Source: Geobacter sulfurreducens PCA (lineage in GTDB: Bacteria > Desulfobacterota > Desulfuromonadia > Geobacterales > Geobacteraceae). From it: a stretch of 32,000 nucleotides of DNA. The notes beneath the pieces are model-generated. The model was not told the origin of the DNA. It searched no databases and worked only from the letters and a program-made list of their open reading frames with translations. The stretch is from contig NC_002939.5 of the NCBI RefSeq assembly GCF_000007985.2, positions 1 to 32,000 of the forward strand, read 5' to 3'. Positions 30,633 to 32,000 of this stretch are shown one piece after another (positions within the stretch are counted from its first letter, which is position 1; each line of letters begins with the position of its first letter). A program made the position numbers and the translations under genes.

Positions 30633-31463
30633 ATGCTGAGGTATCTGCTCAGGCCATTCCTGTCGCTCATGGCGGTGGCGCTCATCTGCGGCCCCGCCGT
30701 TGAATCAGTGGCATCCGCATCCGGGAACGGGGGGAAAAAAAGGCCCCTCGACTACGAGGAGTACGTCCGTCTCATCACGGGTGGACCCCGCAAAGTTGCA
30801 CGCAAGGAGTCACGTAAAGAGTCTCGCAAGTCCAAGGTTGAGGTTGCCGCGGCTGAAAAACCGGCCGCTGTTCAGCAGCCTGTGGTGATGGCAGCGACTC
30901 CTGCTCCGCGCCGCGCCGTAACGCCTTCGCCCGGCCGGGACGGATGGCGTCCCTCCCCTGAGCAGGTTCACGAGATCCTGCGCACCTCCCGCAATCTGGC
31001 GGGAGCCGTACTGCGCGGAGCCGTATTGGCCGGCTTCGATCTGCGAGGGGTAACCCTGGCCGGCGCCGACCTCTTCGGCGCGAATCTGGCGGGGGCTAAT
31101 CTCGACGGCGCGAATCTGCGGGGCACGTCGCTGGAAATGGTGAACCTGCGTGGAGCCAGTCTCCGGGGAGCCAACCTGGCCGGTGCGGGGCTGTTCAAGG
31201 CTGACCTGGAAGGGGCCGATCTTCAGGGGGCCAACCTTTCGGGCGTGTACGCCGTGTGCGCTAATCTGAGGGGAGCCAGTCTGGCGGGCGTCACTACCGT
31301 TGGCGGCCATTTTGCCCAGGCGACCTTCGACGACAGAAGTCAGGGTGCAGCGGTTGCACAGGCACAGAATGCGACGCGTAATGACATCGTCCCTGTTGTG
31401 GGAGGAGAGAAGGCACTGCCGTCGGGCGGCGAAAAGGGACGTATTCTGCTTCTGAATTTCTGA
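30633..31463 (+). CDS. Exported pentapeptide-repeat protein (276 aa from ATG 30633)
   Basis: Signal peptide MLRYLLRPFLSLMAVALICGPAVESVASA. K/R/E/S-rich segment with tandem KESRKESRKS. Ala/Pro-rich linker. About 50 residues of uninterrupted A(N/D)LxG-type pentapeptide repeats (GADLFGANLAGANLDGANLRGTSLEMVNLRGASLRGANLAGAGLFKADLEGADLQGANLSG), plus flanking degenerate repeats. The alternative in-frame ATG 30585 overlaps the TATAAT box. Confidence 0.8.
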   Translation: MLRYLLRPFLSLMAVALICGPAVESVASASGNGGKKRPLDYEEYVRLITGGPRKVARKESRKESRKSKVEVAAAEKPAAVQQPVVMAATPAPRRAVTPSPGRDGWRPSPEQVHEILRTSRNLAGAVLRGAVLAGFDLRGVTLAGADLFGANLAGANLDGANLRGTSLEMVNLRGASLRGANLAGAGLFKADLEGADLQGANLSGVYAVCANLRGASLAGVTTVGGHFAQATFDDRSQGAAVAQAQNATRNDIVPVVGGEKALPSGGEKGRILLLNF

Positions 31464-31487
31464 GATCGCCCCGCTGACCATGTCGGA

Positions 31488-31532
31488 AAACTAAACGGAG
31501 CTGGTCCCCAAAGGGCCGGCTCCGTTTAGTTT
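31488..31532. terminator. Long bidirectional terminator hairpin between convergent genes
   Basis: AAACTAAACGGAGC (31488-31501) pairs perfectly with GCTCCGTTTAGTTT (31519-31532). Inner GG/CC and CCC/GGG pairing extends the stem. The right arm abuts the stop codon (31532-31534) of the minus-strand gene. Confidence 0.7.
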
Positions 31533-32000
31533 CAGCGGTCCGCGTCTTCCTCAAGATATTCCCGTGAGTAGCGCACGTAGTTGCCTGCCGAGCGCTTCAG
31601 CCAGGCAATTTCGTCGGGGGTCAGGTCGCGCTTGTACTTTGCCGGTGCCCCAACCCAGAGGGTATGGGGCGGGATGACGGTTCCCTCGGTCACCAGTGCC
31701 CGTGCGCCTACGAGTGCTCCTTCGCCCACCACCGCCTTGTCCATGACCATTGCCTGCATGCCGATGAAGGCACCATTGCCGATGGTGCAGCCGTGGAGGG
31801 TCACGCTGTGGCCGACGGTCACGTCATCGCCGATGACAAGGGGGGCTCCCGGGTCGTCGGCGTGCTTTTTATGGGTCACATGGAGCATGGAGAGATCCTG
31901 GATGTTGCTCCGGGCGCCGATGCGGATGAAATTGACATCGCCTCGGGCAACCACGTTGTACCAGATACTGCTTTCGGGGCCGATGGTCACGTCGCCGATG
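31532..32000 (-). CDS. Gamma-carbonic-anhydrase-like / hexapeptide-repeat (LbH) protein, N-terminus beyond the window edge
   Basis: Left-handed beta-helix hexapeptide repeats and family motifs: SIWYNVVARGDVNFIRIGARSNIQD, LHVTH, IGDDVTVGHSVTLHGCTIG, VGAPAKYKR. The reading frame stays open to position 32000, so the real start lies outside the window. Confidence 0.85.
   Translation of the reverse strand, partial: IGDVTIGPESSIWYNVVARGDVNFIRIGARSNIQDLSMLHVTHKKHADDPGAPLVIGDDVTVGHSVTLHGCTIGNGAFIGMQAMVMDKAVVGEGALVGARALVTEGTVIPPHTLWVGAPAKYKRDLTPDEIAWLKRSAGNYVRYSREYLEEDADR

Noticed and set aside
30633-31463. Pentapeptide-repeat protein as a Qnr/MfpA-like gyrase-protecting DNA mimic, since it shares a window with gyrBA
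   Set aside because: It has an apparent Sec signal peptide and a charged Ala/Pro linker, so it is probably exported. It lies more than 20 kb from gyrBA on an unrelated transcription unit. Nothing in the sequence links it to gyrase.

Overview
This is a high-GC bacterial chromosomal window that starts at the replication origin. The gene order on the plus strand is dnaA, a DnaA-box and AT-rich spacer (candidate oriC), dnaN-recF-gyrB, gyrA, a conserved hypothetical, and gpsA. Next comes a tightly packed same-strand block of four PAS-type histidine kinases. These form two pairs, each a membrane sensor kinase followed by an N-terminal-receiver hybrid kinase, with ATGA stop/start overlaps inside each pair. 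The block ends in an ABC ATPase that has no permease gene. After that come a convergent marR-hemY pair, a divergent CbpA-type J-protein, and a minus-strand run of MocR-type regulator, mfd, a lipoprotein parvulin and a SurA-like parvulin. The window ends with an exported pentapeptide-repeat protein and a partial gamma-carbonic-anhydrase-like hexapeptide protein. Gene order and protein sequences look to me like the origin region of a Geobacter-type (Desulfuromonadales) chromosome. That is recollection and inference, not a search result. I found no tRNA or rRNA genes, CRISPR arrays, transposases, integrases or phage genes. This is core housekeeping DNA, not an accessory island, and I did not find a convincing new multi-gene system. 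The points most worth a second look are: (1) the four-kinase plus orphan ABC ATPase operon, which has no output regulator; (2) the uncharacterised 522-aa HEAT-like protein between gyrA and gpsA; (3) the oriC architecture of boxes, GC cluster, trio-like repeats and AT-rich element; (4) a perfect consensus DnaA box just upstream of hemY, together with a mirrored divergent promoter and palindrome at marR; (5) a MocR-type regulator divergent from an exported pentapeptide-repeat protein across an unusually AT-rich 281-bp spacer. The many long antisense ORFs in the track are high-GC artefacts.
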